Source: Octopus sinensis
Lineage: Eukaryota
Assembly (NCBI RefSeq): GCF_006345805.1
Contig: NC_043007.1
Coordinates: 32,612,001 to 32,676,000 of the forward strand
Direction: 5' to 3'
Length of the DNA: 64,000 nt
Under the pieces are notes generated by a model. The model did no database searches and was not told the origin of the DNA. It worked only from the letters and a program-made list of their open reading frames with translations. The position numbers were made by a program, and so were the translations under genes. How positions within the stretch are numbered: the stretch's first letter is position 1; the number at the start of each line of letters is the position of its first letter. Below, in pieces: positions 24,030 to 37,108 of the stretch.

Positions 24030-24960
24030 AACAACTCTTATTATAGGCGCAAGGCCTGAAATCTGGGGGAGTGCGGGGGGGGGGGTACAGTAGATTATGC
24101 CAATCCCCAGTGTTTCACTGGTACTTAATTTATTGAACCTGAAAGGATGAAATACCACTAAGCATTTTGCCTAGAGTGCTAACGATTCTGCCAGCTTCCC
24201 ACCTTAATAATAATAATGATGATGATGATGGTGAGGTTTTCTAATTTTGGCACAAGGCCAGCAATTTAAGGGGATGGTCTAAGACAATTATGTTGACCCC
24301 AGAACTTGGCTGGTACTTTTCTTTCCATTATAGGACTAAGGCCTGAAAATTTATGGGAGGGGTCAGTCGATAACATTGCCCCCCACCCCCCTCCACCACT
24401 AATCCTCAGCTGCTATCTATTTTATCAACCCTGAAAGAATGAAAGGCAAAGTTAACCTTGGCAGAATTTGAACTCAGAACACAGAGAACCAGAAGAAACA
24501 CCAATGATTATTCCAGCTCAGCACCAGTAACGATAATAGTCCTTTCTACTAAAGGCACAAGGCCTGAAATTTTAGGGGAGGAGACTAGTCAACTACATCA
24601 ACCCCAGTGTTCAACTGGTACTTATTTTATAGACCCTGAAAGGATAAAAGGCAAAGTTGAACTTTGGTAGAATTTGAACTCAGAACGTAGTGGCAGATGA
24701 AATACTGCCAAAGCATTTCACCCGGCGTGCTAACGATTCTGCCGGCTCACTGCTTTATTAATAATAATAATAATAAGCCTTTCTATTATAGGCACGAGGC
24801 CAGAAATTTGGGGGAGGGGGATAGTCGATTACATCGACCCCAGTGCGTAACTGGTGCTTATTTAACTGACCCTGAAAGGACAAAAAGCAAAGTTGACCTC
24901 AGAACATAGCGGCAGACGAAATACCGGTAAGCTAATGTTACTGCCAGCTCACTACCTTAT
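24030..24960 (-). mobile_element. cluster of SINE family B copies (gcctttcatcctttcggggtcgataaa domain)
   Basis: four to five partial head-to-tail copies separated by (AAT)n; same family on + at about 1938-2140, 9310-9520, 20175-20395 and 47280-47580. Confidence 0.75.
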
Positions 24961-25329
24961 CATTAATAATAATAATAATAACAATAACAGTGGAAGAGGG
25001 CAGTGTTAGTAACGTTAGTAAGTGTGGTGGTAGTAATGATACTACTGATAGTGAGAATGGTGGCTTTTCTTCCTTTGCAACAGCTGTGCTCTTGGAAACA
25101 TGCTAATACCATTTACCTTTTGGATTGTTTGACTAACATCAATACCTCGCTGCAGTTCTTCTACGGCTGACTGTCAACCGTTTCCTTTTACATCCTTTGT
25201 TTTTGCACCTCTCCATCTTCTTTCTTAATTAGTTCCATACAACATAAAAATACATGCAATTTGGACTGAGACTGTTATTGCAAACCATAACGATGTAAAA
25301 TAATAGCTTTGATAATGAAAGGAAATATC

Positions 25330-25770
25330 CATCAACCTACCTACCTATATACACCTGCATGTCTGTCTACCTGCCAGTCTGTTATCAATCTATCAATCAC
25401 ACCTATCTATCTGTCTGTCTGTTTGTATATTTATCTATGTGTGTCTGTCTGTTTATCTATCATATCTGTCTGTCTACCTATGTGCTTATTGCCAATCTAT
25501 CAATCATAGTTATTTATCTATCAACCTATGTGTCTCGCTATCTATCTATCTGTCTTTAGCAATCTAGCAATCATACCTATATATCTGTCTGTCTGTTTGT
25601 TTGTATATCATATCTGTCTGTCTACCTATTTGTCTGTTGTCAATCTATCAGCCTATCTGTTTGTATATCTATCTGTCTGTCCGTCCATCTACCTATCTTT
25701 ATCAATCTAGCAATCATACCTACCTTCTTACCTATCTACTTATCTGTCCATCCATCCATCCATCCACCTA
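25330..25770. repeat. complex (CTAT/CTGT/CCAT)n satellite
   Basis: degenerate tetranucleotide array with recurring blocks caatcta(g/t)caatcat and catatctgtctgtctacctat. Confidence 0.85.
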
Positions 25771-26489
25771 ACCAACAATATCCTTGTAGTAGCTATGGTG
25801 TTTGCAGTGTGATGATCTTAGTGGCAATGGTAGAAATGGTGCCAGCAATTGGTGGAAGAAAAGAATATATTTACATTTGAGTCACTAAGAATCTTGATAG
25901 TAACAGCCGTAACATTTAAGACATATCTATATATAAATAGCTCTGCTGTGTCAATAGTGTAAGCTGACACTCTTATAATTTAAGTCAAATGCCTAACAAA
26001 ACATCTCATACAAATTCTGCACCTCTTTGACTGTCAGCTTTTCTGCTTATTTGTGTAATTTCCATAGTTACTGGCGCCCCCGCCAATATATATACAACAC
26101 TCACTTATACAGTTTTTATCCAGACATTGCTATAGTCTTACTCCAAGCACATGAAAGTCTAATTTGTTTTCCTGAACACTGCAAGGGGGATGATCGTAAC
26201 AAAAATGTCTTGGCAGAGAAGCAGGAACCATGTCTGGTATCATGTCTAAAAAATTATGGGCAGCTTTCCAAACCTAGCTGGTGACATTTTTCAGAATTCA
26301 CAGAGACTCTTTTAAGGAATAATGACAGTTCTGGATAGTAGTGAGATATTGAGAGGGTTCCAAACTAGTTTCCAAATAAGAAAACTACTCGAGGCTTCTT
26401 AAACTGGCACAAAATGAAGCTTCGTTTATCACTGATTTATCTATCACTGATCTGGGGACAACACAGGACGCTCAGGTGTGAACTCATCA

Positions 26490-27085
26490 TCATCATCATC
26501 GTTTAACATCAGCTTTCCATGCTAGCATGGGTTGGACGATTTTGACTGAGGGCTGGCAAACCAGATGGCTGCACCAGGCTCCAATCTTGATCTGGCAGAG
26601 TTTCTACAGCTGGACACCCTTCCTAATGACAACCACTCCGAGAGTGTAGTGGGTGCTTTTACGTGCCACTGACACGGGGGCCAGTCAGGCAGTACTGGCA
26701 ACAACCTCGCTCGAATCTTTTTACACATGCCACCAGCACAGGTGCCAGTAAGGCAATGTTGGTAACGATCACACTCAAATGGTGCCTTTTACATGTCACT
26801 GGCACGGGAGCCGGTTAGCTGCTCTGTCAATGATCACACTCAAATGGTGCCTTTTACATGTCACTGGCACGGGAGCCGGTTAGCTGCTCTGTCAATGATC
26901 ACACTCGGATGGTGCTCTTGGCACCCTACTAGCATGGGCACAAGTGCTAGTAAGGCGACGCTGGTAACAATCACACTTGAATGGTGCCCTTTTATGTGCC
27001 ACTGGCACGGGAGCTGGTTAGCCACTCTGTCAACGATCACACTCGGATGGTGCTCTTTGCACCCCGCTAGCACAATGTTACACTT
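26490..27085 (-). mobile_element. SINE-like family C with about seven tandem units
   Basis: RTE-like tail at 26490-26530; 65-bp units, two consecutive ones near-identical (from 26767 and 26832); other copies at about 27745-28190, 29605-29865, 32745-33085, 48340-48595(+), 50605-50820, 53025-53285 and 56755-57180. Confidence 0.8.
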
Positions 27086-27650
27086 ATCATGGATTGCTCT
27101 GTCAAATATTGTGCTTGTACTGCAAAAACAGACCACTTGGTCCAAGAATTGAAACCGTGATCTTACAATTGAGAGTGCAACACCCCTAACCACTAGGCCA
27201 GGTGCCCTCACAGTGGTGATATGTCGTATGGCAAAATAAATAACAATGAACATTAACCAACCAACAAGAACAACAAACAACAACCAAGTGTATATTTAGT
27301 GCATTACCTGAAGATGTGTATTACACTTAGAACAAAACATACAATATGGGTAGCCATTTCGATTGAGATACAGTGGAACGAGAAAATGGTCGCATGGTCT
27401 TTTGTTCTGCCTTGATGAAATAGTGATTAAAAAAAAAACAAAAGGTTTCGTTATTTTTTTTGCAATGGATGTTCTTGGAGAGGGGGTGGGTGTATGGCTT
27501 CGTCTTTTATGACAGCTGTCGGACAGAAAGTCATTTTTCCAATAAATAAATAAATAAATAAATACATTCTTTGAAAATAAATAAATAAATATTGGCAGCT
27601 CCTCCAGTCAAAGATGGAAGTGACATGGCACCGTGTTGTAGGCTGATCGA

Positions 27651-27670
27651 TCACATCAGACGGAAGAATT
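27651..27670 (-). CDS. calmodulin-like terminal exon (EFFRLM*)
   Basis: tttttatttttcAG|AA TTC TTC CGT CTG ATG TGA; phase 1 completes the EF4 position-12 Glu. Confidence 0.85.
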
Positions 27671-30600
27671 CTGAAAAATAAAAAAAATTTATTTAATATG
27701 ATTAATCATATATATATATGTATATATATACATTGTCATCATCATCATCATCAATTAATGTCTGCTTTCCATGCTAGCATGGGTTGGACGATTTGACTGA
27801 GGTCTGGCGAACCAGATGGCTGCACCAGGCTCCTGCCTGATCTGGCAGAGTTTCTACAGCTGGATGCCCTTCCTAATGCCAACCACTCTGAGAGTGTAGT
27901 GGGTGCTTTTTATGTGCCACCAGCACGAGGGCCAGTCAGGTGGTACTGGCAACGGCCACACTCAAATGGTGCTTTTTATGTGCCACCTGCACAGGAGCCA
28001 GTCCAGCGACACTGGCAATGGCCTCGCTTGAATGTTTTTTTCACGTGCCACCAGCACAAGTGCCAGTAAGGCGACGCAGGCAACGATCACGCATGAATGG
28101 TGTCTTTTACGTGCCACCGGCCCTGAGGCCAGCCTGTTGCTCTGGCAACGATCACACTCGTATGGTACTCTAAGCACTCCACTAACATGGATGTGTAGCA
28201 AAATAAAATCCACCCCTTCCCACAAAAAAAAAAAAAATTCTGGATAAGATGCAACAATGATGAAGACGATATTTAATCGTAACAACAGACAAACATATTT
28301 TATAAAAACAATTTAATAGCAGTTACAGACACACAAAGGAATGTTCAACAATGTCAGTGTTTTAGATGCAGATATTTTGTGAAGCATCAGACAGTGACAT
28401 CATCGTTTTTCTGTTGCACCATTGCGTAACCTGCAGTTCAAGTCTACAGGGTTAAAAAAATGATGCATTTTATAAGAGAACAATTCTTAGTCTATTTCTG
28501 TCCCTCTTACACTACTCACATGATATATATATTGTCTTAGTATGCACAAATAACTCTGTTTTTATTATATTCTTTTATTTGTTTCAGTCATTTGACTGCA
28601 GCCATGCTGGAGCACCACCTTTAGTCGTACAAATCATCCTCATCTTTTAACGTCCGCTTTCCATGCTAGCATGGGTTGGACGATTTTGATGGGGACACAA
28701 ACACACCAACATCAGTTGTCAAACGATCGCAGGGGTACAAACACAAACACACACACGTATATATACACATGACGGGCTTCTTTTCAGTTTCCATCTACCA
28801 AATTCACTTACAAGGCTTTGGTCAACCCGAAGGCTATAGTAGAAGACACTCGCCCAAGATGCCACGCAGTGGGACTGAGCCTGGAACCAAGTGGTTGGGA
28901 AGCAAGCTACTTACCACACAGCTGGTTATTTGTAACCACAGTTTCCATATAGATGTTTAGTTGGAACATACACACTGGCACTCCGTCGGTTATGACGACG
29001 AGTGTTCCAGTTGATCCGATCAACGGAAAAGCCTGCTCGTGAAATAAACGTGCAAGTGGCTGAGCACTCCACAGACACGTGTACCCTTAACGTAGTTCTC
29101 GGGGAGATTCGGCATGGCACGCAATGCGACAAAGCTGGAGCAATGTGAAATAAAGTGTCTTGCTCAAAGACATAACACACTGCTGGGATTAAAAACTGAA
29201 CCCACAACCTCATGACTGCGAGCCAAATGCCCTAACTACTAAATGACACACCTTCACACAGATACACAGAGAAAATGTTTGACCATTGTCAATGTTCTAG
29301 ATACACAGGATGTGAAAGCATCAGACCATGACACAGTCATTTCATGTTGCATCATAGCGTATCCTGCAGTTCAGGCCTACAGGGTTAAAAAACGATGCAT
29401 TCATTGGTTGACAGTTGTGTGTGTTTACCATCAACCTTTATACGAGATTAGAGACGAAAGGCAAAGCTGACTCCAGTCGGATTTGAACTCAGAACATAAA
29501 TAGATGAAAGAAATGCCACAAAGATTCTACCAACTCATCAAAAACAAATAAATTAGACACATTCATATTTGCGTATATTCACATATTCTTCTTCTTCTCC
29601 ATCATCATCATCGTTTAACGTCTGCTTTCCATGCTAGCATGGGTTGGGCGGTTTGACCGGGGTCTGGGAAGCCAGGAGGCTGCACCAGGCCCAGTCTGAT
29701 CTGGCAATGTTTCTATGGCTGGATGCCCTTCCTAACGCCAACCACTCTGTGAGTGTAGTGGGTGCTTCTTACGTGCCATTGGCACAGGTCCCAGGGGAGG
29801 CTGGTGATGACCACGATCTGTTGGTGGTTTTTATGTGCCACCGGCACGGAAGCCAGTCAATGAAATGAGCAATAACGAGAGTTTCTATCAATGTAGAATG
29901 TTTTAAAAATTTTTATATTTTGAGTACAAAAGTCTTCCTTCAGAAGAACACAGTCAAAGAAATGTGTCTTTACATGGATCCTGACATTTTGGATATTCTT
30001 CTCAAGACAGACTTTTGCACCCGAATTCTAAAGTTTGTTTTGATAAGCTTTCTGCATTGCAAGACGTTTTCCTTATTTCTCATTTCGTTTGTTATTCTAT
30101 TCCTGTATCACAATGCTTCAAACAAACTACAATTCTCTTCCAACGTTCATTTATTTCTTCATTAGAAGAAAGCTGAAACGAACCCTTCACCATTCAGATT
30201 AATCTGTCAAATGCAAAGCTTATTTATTCACATTGCTTTGAATTCATCATACATTGAGATTGTTTATTATTAGAATGACATTTTAGGGTAGGTGTGAGAG
30301 GCTGGATCTGGTTGGTGTGAACTTAAAGCAGCTAGAATATTTAGATCCGATATGGCTGGTTAAATTCTAAAGGGTAAACTATTAGTGAAGTTTTGATATA
30401 CAATGGAATTAAAGTTTGAGTATACATTACAGATAAGTTAAGTGATTATTTACTAAAGATATCAAAAAAACCTCACATACCCAACTCCTTCAATTATCAT
30501 AAAGTACAAAATCCCACTCCTTAATTCTACTTGAGAGAGAGAAAGAGAAAGAACTATATCACCTTGTTCCCTTACATCTTTTATACACTTCAGCAACAAA

Positions 30601-33600
30601 TGATAATATAACAAGATCCTGATTAGGAAAGAAGGTTAAAAATTCCATTTGACTCAATGGGTGTAATTGGTTTTTTATCAGGCAGTGCCAACACAGGGGT
30701 ACTCTATCTTTTTACATAATTCAACACCTGTGTGACACCTTCACTGAGACAAGATACTGTCAGCCTTATCAATCTATGTTTGTTGGTTGCTGTGCATCAT
30801 GGTTGAGATGTGGTGATGCTGATATCCATAATTATTTAGCTACCAGCATCCTTGACACACAAATATCTATTGTCTACATGTCATCTCTCTCCTCCAACTC
30901 TCTTAAACATACCTTCACACATATACATCTGTCTATCTATCTATCTATCTATATATATATAATAAATATTTTCTTTCTTGTGTCCATGAAAAAGTTCTCA
31001 TAACATTTTCTTTGTTTATTCATACACATACACAAATAAATATATACAGACATATATGCATGTATGCATATATACACACACACACACACACACATACATG
31101 TATTAATTAACAGCTGTCCTATTTACAACTTACCCTCTTTAGACTGCAGGTGCACACACACATACACACACACAAGCAGATCATGAAACCTAAGTACACA
31201 TTCTAAATTGACACCTGACACAATACACAAATCATAAATGCACACACACAAAGTACAAATGTGTGTGTGTGTGTGCACACACAGAAACATGACATTCGAA
31301 GAACATGACTGGCAGCTGATAGGAAGAAATAATAAAAATGTCTTTGTGAAGTCAACAGCTGCCAACCTGAACGTTTTATCTTTTGTAATTGAAATCCATC
31401 CAACAAAGAATTGGCTGGATGGCAACAGGCTTCTTCTGTTTGGTTGGCACCTGAAGGAACCGCTTTGATTTGGAGCAATAAAAGATACTGAAGATTAAAC
31501 AGACATATGTGCATGTTTAGTTGTTGTTGTCATCATTATTGTGTGTGGTTAAGAAGTTTGCTTATCAACCATATGGTTCCAGGTTCAGTCCCACTGCATG
31601 GCACCTTGGACAAGTGTTTTCTGCTGTGTCCTCAGGCCGGCCAAAGCCTTGTGAATGAGGTTTGATAGATGGAAAGAAGCCCGTTGTATATGTGTGTGTG
31701 TGGTGTGGGGGTGTTTGGTGTGTATGTGACTGTGTCTCCTTGGACTATCCATGCATAATTGTTGTAGATAAATGCCAGCCCTTTCCAATATGCTGCAAAA
31801 ACATGTCAGGCCACGAGGAAAATATCACCTGGTTTGGAAACAGATGAGGGTTGATGACAAGGAATATCTGGTCATAGAAAAACGTGCTTCAACAAGCTTC
31901 CCCTGACCCATGCAGGCATGAAAAAGCAGACGTTAAAACGACGGCAAATGTCATATGGGAGTGCATACTTTGTTAGAGAAGGGAGGAAAGTGAGGTGTGG
32001 AACAAAAGAGGATGAGTGAGACTGATATAAGAAGAATAGATTTGTTCACCTGAATAGTTAATCCGTCCATCACCATCAATATCAGCATCAAGAATCATTT
32101 CATTGATCTCCTCATCCGTCAATTTCTGGCCCATGTTGGCAAACATGTAGCGCAACTCCCCAGCGGAGATGTATCCATCGCCGTCTTTGTCAAATATGCG
32201 GAATGTTTCACGGATCTCAGTTTCGTGATCAAAGTCTTCTGTCTGGTTGGACATCATGCGCAGGAACTCTGGGAAATCAATGGTGCCACTTCCTGTAAAA
32301 ATGTAGAACAAATGAAGACATCAGGAAAATCCCAGAGAACCAATCTCTCAACGATGGCAAAAGGATTTAACACCATCACCATATGTATATATGTTTGTGT
32401 GTCTGTTTGTCCCCCCACCATCGCTTGACAACCGATGCTGGTGTGCTTACGTCCCCGTAACTTAGTGGTTCGGCAAGAGAAACCGAGAGAATAAGTATTA
32501 GGTTTACAAAGAATAAGTTCTGGAGTCGAGAAAGGCAATGCTCCAGCATGGCCGCAGTCAAATGACTGAAACAAGTAAAAGAGTAAGCATCTTGTCAAGA
32601 GTGTTAATAATTCTGCTAGCTTGCCGTTTTAATAATAATAATAATAATAATAATCGTTGAATGTGCATGCATGCATGTGTCCATCTCTTGTCAGATATGG
32701 ATACGATGCACAAAAGAGAAAAAACACACCCATCACTGCTTCATCATCATTGTTTAACGTCCGTTTTCCATGCTAGCATGGGTTGGACGGTTTGACCGGG
32801 GTCTGGGAAGCCAGAAGGCTGCCCCAGGCTCCAGTCTGATCTGGCAGTGTTTCTACAGCTGATGCCCTTCTTAATGCCAACCACTCCGTGAGTGTAGTGG
32901 GTGCTTTTTACATGCCAGGGGAGGCTGGCAAACGGCCACGATTAGTTGGTGCTTTCACGTGTCATGTCACCAACACGGACGCCAGCCAAGGCGGCATTGG
33001 CATTGACCACGTTCGAATTGTGCTTTTTACGTGCCACCAGCGGCCATGATCGGTTGGTGCTTTTTACATGCCACTGGCACAGGTATCACAACTAACCCTA
33101 ACACACAAATGCATGTATATACGAGCACACGTCATCACATTTACGCATGTATTATGCAACAGGAATCCAACCCCCACAGCAAGCCAGCCGAATGGCATTT
33201 AGGGCCACACCCAATCCCTAGGTGAATTGCAGAGTGTGGCTCTTGAATACCAAGTTGCCGGATTCCATTATCATAGCTGAACATGATAAGAGGAAGTTCA
33301 ATTTCAACAGACGCAAACAGATGTAGGAGAACTCAGACACACACACGTGGCCAGCAGGGGTAGCAACTACTTCTGACTGTGTGGGTTTAGGAATTGGTAA
33401 GGCAATGGTGCATATCACGGATGGTGCGATAACAAGCATCGACAGCAGTTATGTTCTACTCAAAACACAATAGAGAGTGCTGTAGGTAAGCTGCTGTTGT
33501 TGTTGTTGTTTAACCCCAGGATAGGTCTAATTGAACAGGTTTATGGTTTCAAAGTCAATTTTAACCACAAACATCCTACCATTTTGCAGACACTGTATAT

Positions 33601-36020
33601 CTACGATTCTTCTTTGTCATCGTCATCATGATGATGACAACGATGTCTGCCGCTATGTTCGGAGTTCAAATTCCGCCGAGGTCGACTTTTGCCTTTCATC
33701 CTTTCGGGGTCGATAAATTAAGGACCAGTTACGCACTGAGATCGATGTAATCGACTTAATCTGTTTGTCTGTCCTCTCTGTGTGTAGCCCCTTGTGGGTA
33801 GTAAAGAAACAGATAATACTAATACTACTACTACTAATAATAATAATAATAATCCTTTCTGCTATATGGGGGGGGGGAGGACTAGTAGATTACATTGAAT
33901 CCAGTGTTTCACTGGTGCTTAATAAATTGTCCCCAAAAGGATGAATGGCAAAGTCAACCTCAGTAAGATTTGAACCCAGAACGTAAGGACGGATAAAATG
34001 CTGCTAAGCATTTTTGCCCAGCGTGCTAATGATTCTGCCGGCTCGTCACCTTAAATAATAATAATAATATTACTATTAGTTAGTTAGTTAGTTAGTTAAT
34101 TTGGCTCAAAAGCAAATAGCAAGGCCATGTAGGGGGACATGGAGTTAAGTACAGGGTGGTGTTCATGTGAAGAGTTCAGGCCACTTGAGGTCCAGGGAGG
34201 CTTTGAACAAAGCGGTCGTCGGCATCTTCACCATCTCGTCTGGCAGCTTGTTCCACGGATCCGCAACCCGGACGGAGAAAGCTCCTCTCCTTTGATTGAG
34301 ATGAAATCGTCGCAGGTAGAGCTTTATTATAACATGCCCATCTCTATGCTTCCATGGATTAGTCAGAATTTGTGTGGGTGAGTTTTCTATAGCTGGATGC
34401 CTCTCCTGTCAACAACCCTCACCTGTTTCCAAGGATGATAGCAAACGAGAGACACTGCTTGTTAGCTGGTGGCACTCGTTTACAACGATCATGTGATGTC
34501 AACAAGGAGAATGAAGAAGAAGAGGACAGCAAAGACAAAGAAGAGGAAGAAGAAAAGGAACAAGAGAAAGATTAATAGCAATATTTTTTCTTCTATAGGC
34601 ACAAGGCCTGGAATTTTAAAGGAGGGGGGGGGGCTAGCTGATTACAATGACCCCCCAGAGCGCCACTGGTACTTATTTTATCAACCCTGAAAAGATGACA
34701 GGTAAAGTCAGTCTTGGTAGAATTTGTGAACTTGGAACACAAAGACAGATGGAAAACCAATAAAGTATTTAGTCCGGCGCTGCAATGATCCCACCAGCCT
34801 GCCACCTTAAATAGCAGTAGCAGTAGTAGTGTTAGTAGCAGTCATGGCAACACCACTCAGCCTGTGTACTTACCATCACAATCTACTTTCTCTATCATTT
34901 CATTGACTTCACCCTCAGTCGGACTCATCCCTAGCTTCCGCAGAACATCTCCGAGCTGCCGGGTAGAGATGATGCCATCGTTGTCATCATCAAATAGACT
35001 GAAGACATCTTTGTACACTGCAAGAGAAAAAATTCCAACTTAGGAGAAGAATTGCTTCTGGACGAGAGAATCAAACAATAGTAACAACAAGAACAACAAA
35101 TGCCTGGTTTTTTTTTTTTAAATGGGATATTGTTGGTTAAACCATCACTGAGTGGCTGAGTGGTAAGCAGCTTGGTTCCCAACCACATGGTTCCAGGTTC
35201 AGTCCTTGGGCAAGTGTCTTCTACTATAGCCTCAGGCTGACCATAGCCTTGTGAGTGGATTAGGTAGACAGAAACTGAAAGAAGCGTATATATATATATA
35301 TATATGTGTGTACGTATGTATTTGTGTCTGAGCTTATCCCCCCACTAATGCTGGTATGTTTACATCCCCATAACTTAGTGGTTCAGCCAAAGGGTGCGAT
35401 AGAATAAGTACTAGGCTTACAAAGAATAAGTCCTGGGATCGATTTGTTCGACTAAAGGCAGTACTCCAGCATGGCCGCAATCAAAATTAATTGAAAGAAA
35501 CACAGAGCATCCCAACAGAAATATGGTAACGAAAGGGTTAAGGGGACCCTTTCAAGCTAATTACATTGACCCCACTGCTCTAGAAGTACTTGTTTTACTG
35601 ATCCCAAAAGAATGTAAGGTAAAGTTTACCCTGGTGGCATTTGAACTCAGAATGTAAAGAGCTGGAAGAAATGCCACTAAACATATTGTCAGACGCTCTA
35701 ACGATTCTGCCAGCTCACTGCCCATATTATTATATTTGTTTCAGTCAGTTGACTGCGGCCATGCTGGAGCACTGCCTTTAGTCGAACAAATCGACCCCAG
35801 GACTTATTCTTTGCAAGCCTAGTACTTGTTCTAAGTTACAGGGATGTAAACACAGACACACACACATATATACATACGAGCTTCTTTCAGTTTCTGTCTA
35901 CCAAATCCACTCACAAGGCTATATTAGAAGACACTTGCCCAAGGTGTTACGCAGTGGGACTGAACCCAGAACCATGTGGTTGGTAAGCAAGCTACATACC
36001 ACACAGCCACTCCTGTGCCT

Positions 36021-36051
<31 letters not shown>

Positions 36052-37026
36052 TTCAGACAAAAACACCAGGACATACAAACACATATAAGATACAGAAAAT
36101 TGCACTACTAGGCACTGCACACATCCTACGCAGAACACTTTCCATACAATAACCATCAGAGCATCACAACAAATCACAGCACATACCCAAGGCACACAGA
36201 GCTGCGCTCGGTAGTGAGGTGAAAGCACGCTATAAAAATAAAACTACTGAATAATAATAATAATAATAATGATAATAATAATAATAATAATAATAATCCT
36301 TTCTACTATAAGCACAAGGCCTGAAATTTGGGGGGAAGGGGGCAAGTTTATTACATTGACCTCAGTGCATAACTGGTACTTATTTTATCGACCCTGAAAG
36401 GACGAAAGGCAAAGCCGACCTCGGTGGGAATTGAACTCAGAACGTAAACACGGAAGAAACGCCGCTCAGCATTTTTCCTGCTGCGGTAACAATTCTGCCA
36501 GCTTGCTGCTGCCATCACCACTGACGACGACAACAACAACAACATCCTTCAAGCGCATGTTACCGTAGCCAGCCTAGGAAATCCAACCCAGAGAAGGGCT
36601 GAGATTTTGAGAGCAAGAAAAACGATCTGATTACAAGACTCCCTCCCCACAAAAACCCCCACCGATGTAAAAGCTTCATTTGTTGAAGGGTGACTACTAC
36701 ATACCCAGACAACTGCAGTACAAATATATATATAGTGGCCCCAAAGGACACTGTCATTTGATAGTTAGTGTCAGGTACAAATAGTCACAGAAAAAAAAAA
36801 ATGCCTGTGATAGATGAGGTAAAAATATACACACTTCCTTTATGTGGTATATTAAAAGTTTATGCTCTCTTATGCTTTATTTCTTTGTGTTATTAGACTT
36901 CTGCCATAGCTCCGGGTAACTTACAATTACTTGTAGAGCACTTTCGGTGAATAATAATACTTCGGGTGAGTTGAGATGTACTTTGCTGAGTTTGTGTGAT
37001 TTGCGTCATATTGCCATACATGTATC

Positions 37027-37108
<82 letters not shown>

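Noticed and set aside
26640-27085. CRISPR-like array (palindromic repeat plus variable segments)
   Set aside because: Eukaryotic context, no cas genes, the 'spacers' are homologous to each other, and the array sits inside a dispersed SINE-like element.
33330-33470. GLGIGKA short-chain dehydrogenase-like motif on +
   Set aside because: Short frame bounded by stops, no splice signals and no further SDR motifs; chance match.
36897-36965. Plus-strand exon-like segment (ttattAG ... GTGAGT) antisense to the calmodulin-like gene
   Set aside because: Stops in all three frames and no partner exons found; unsupported without RNA data.
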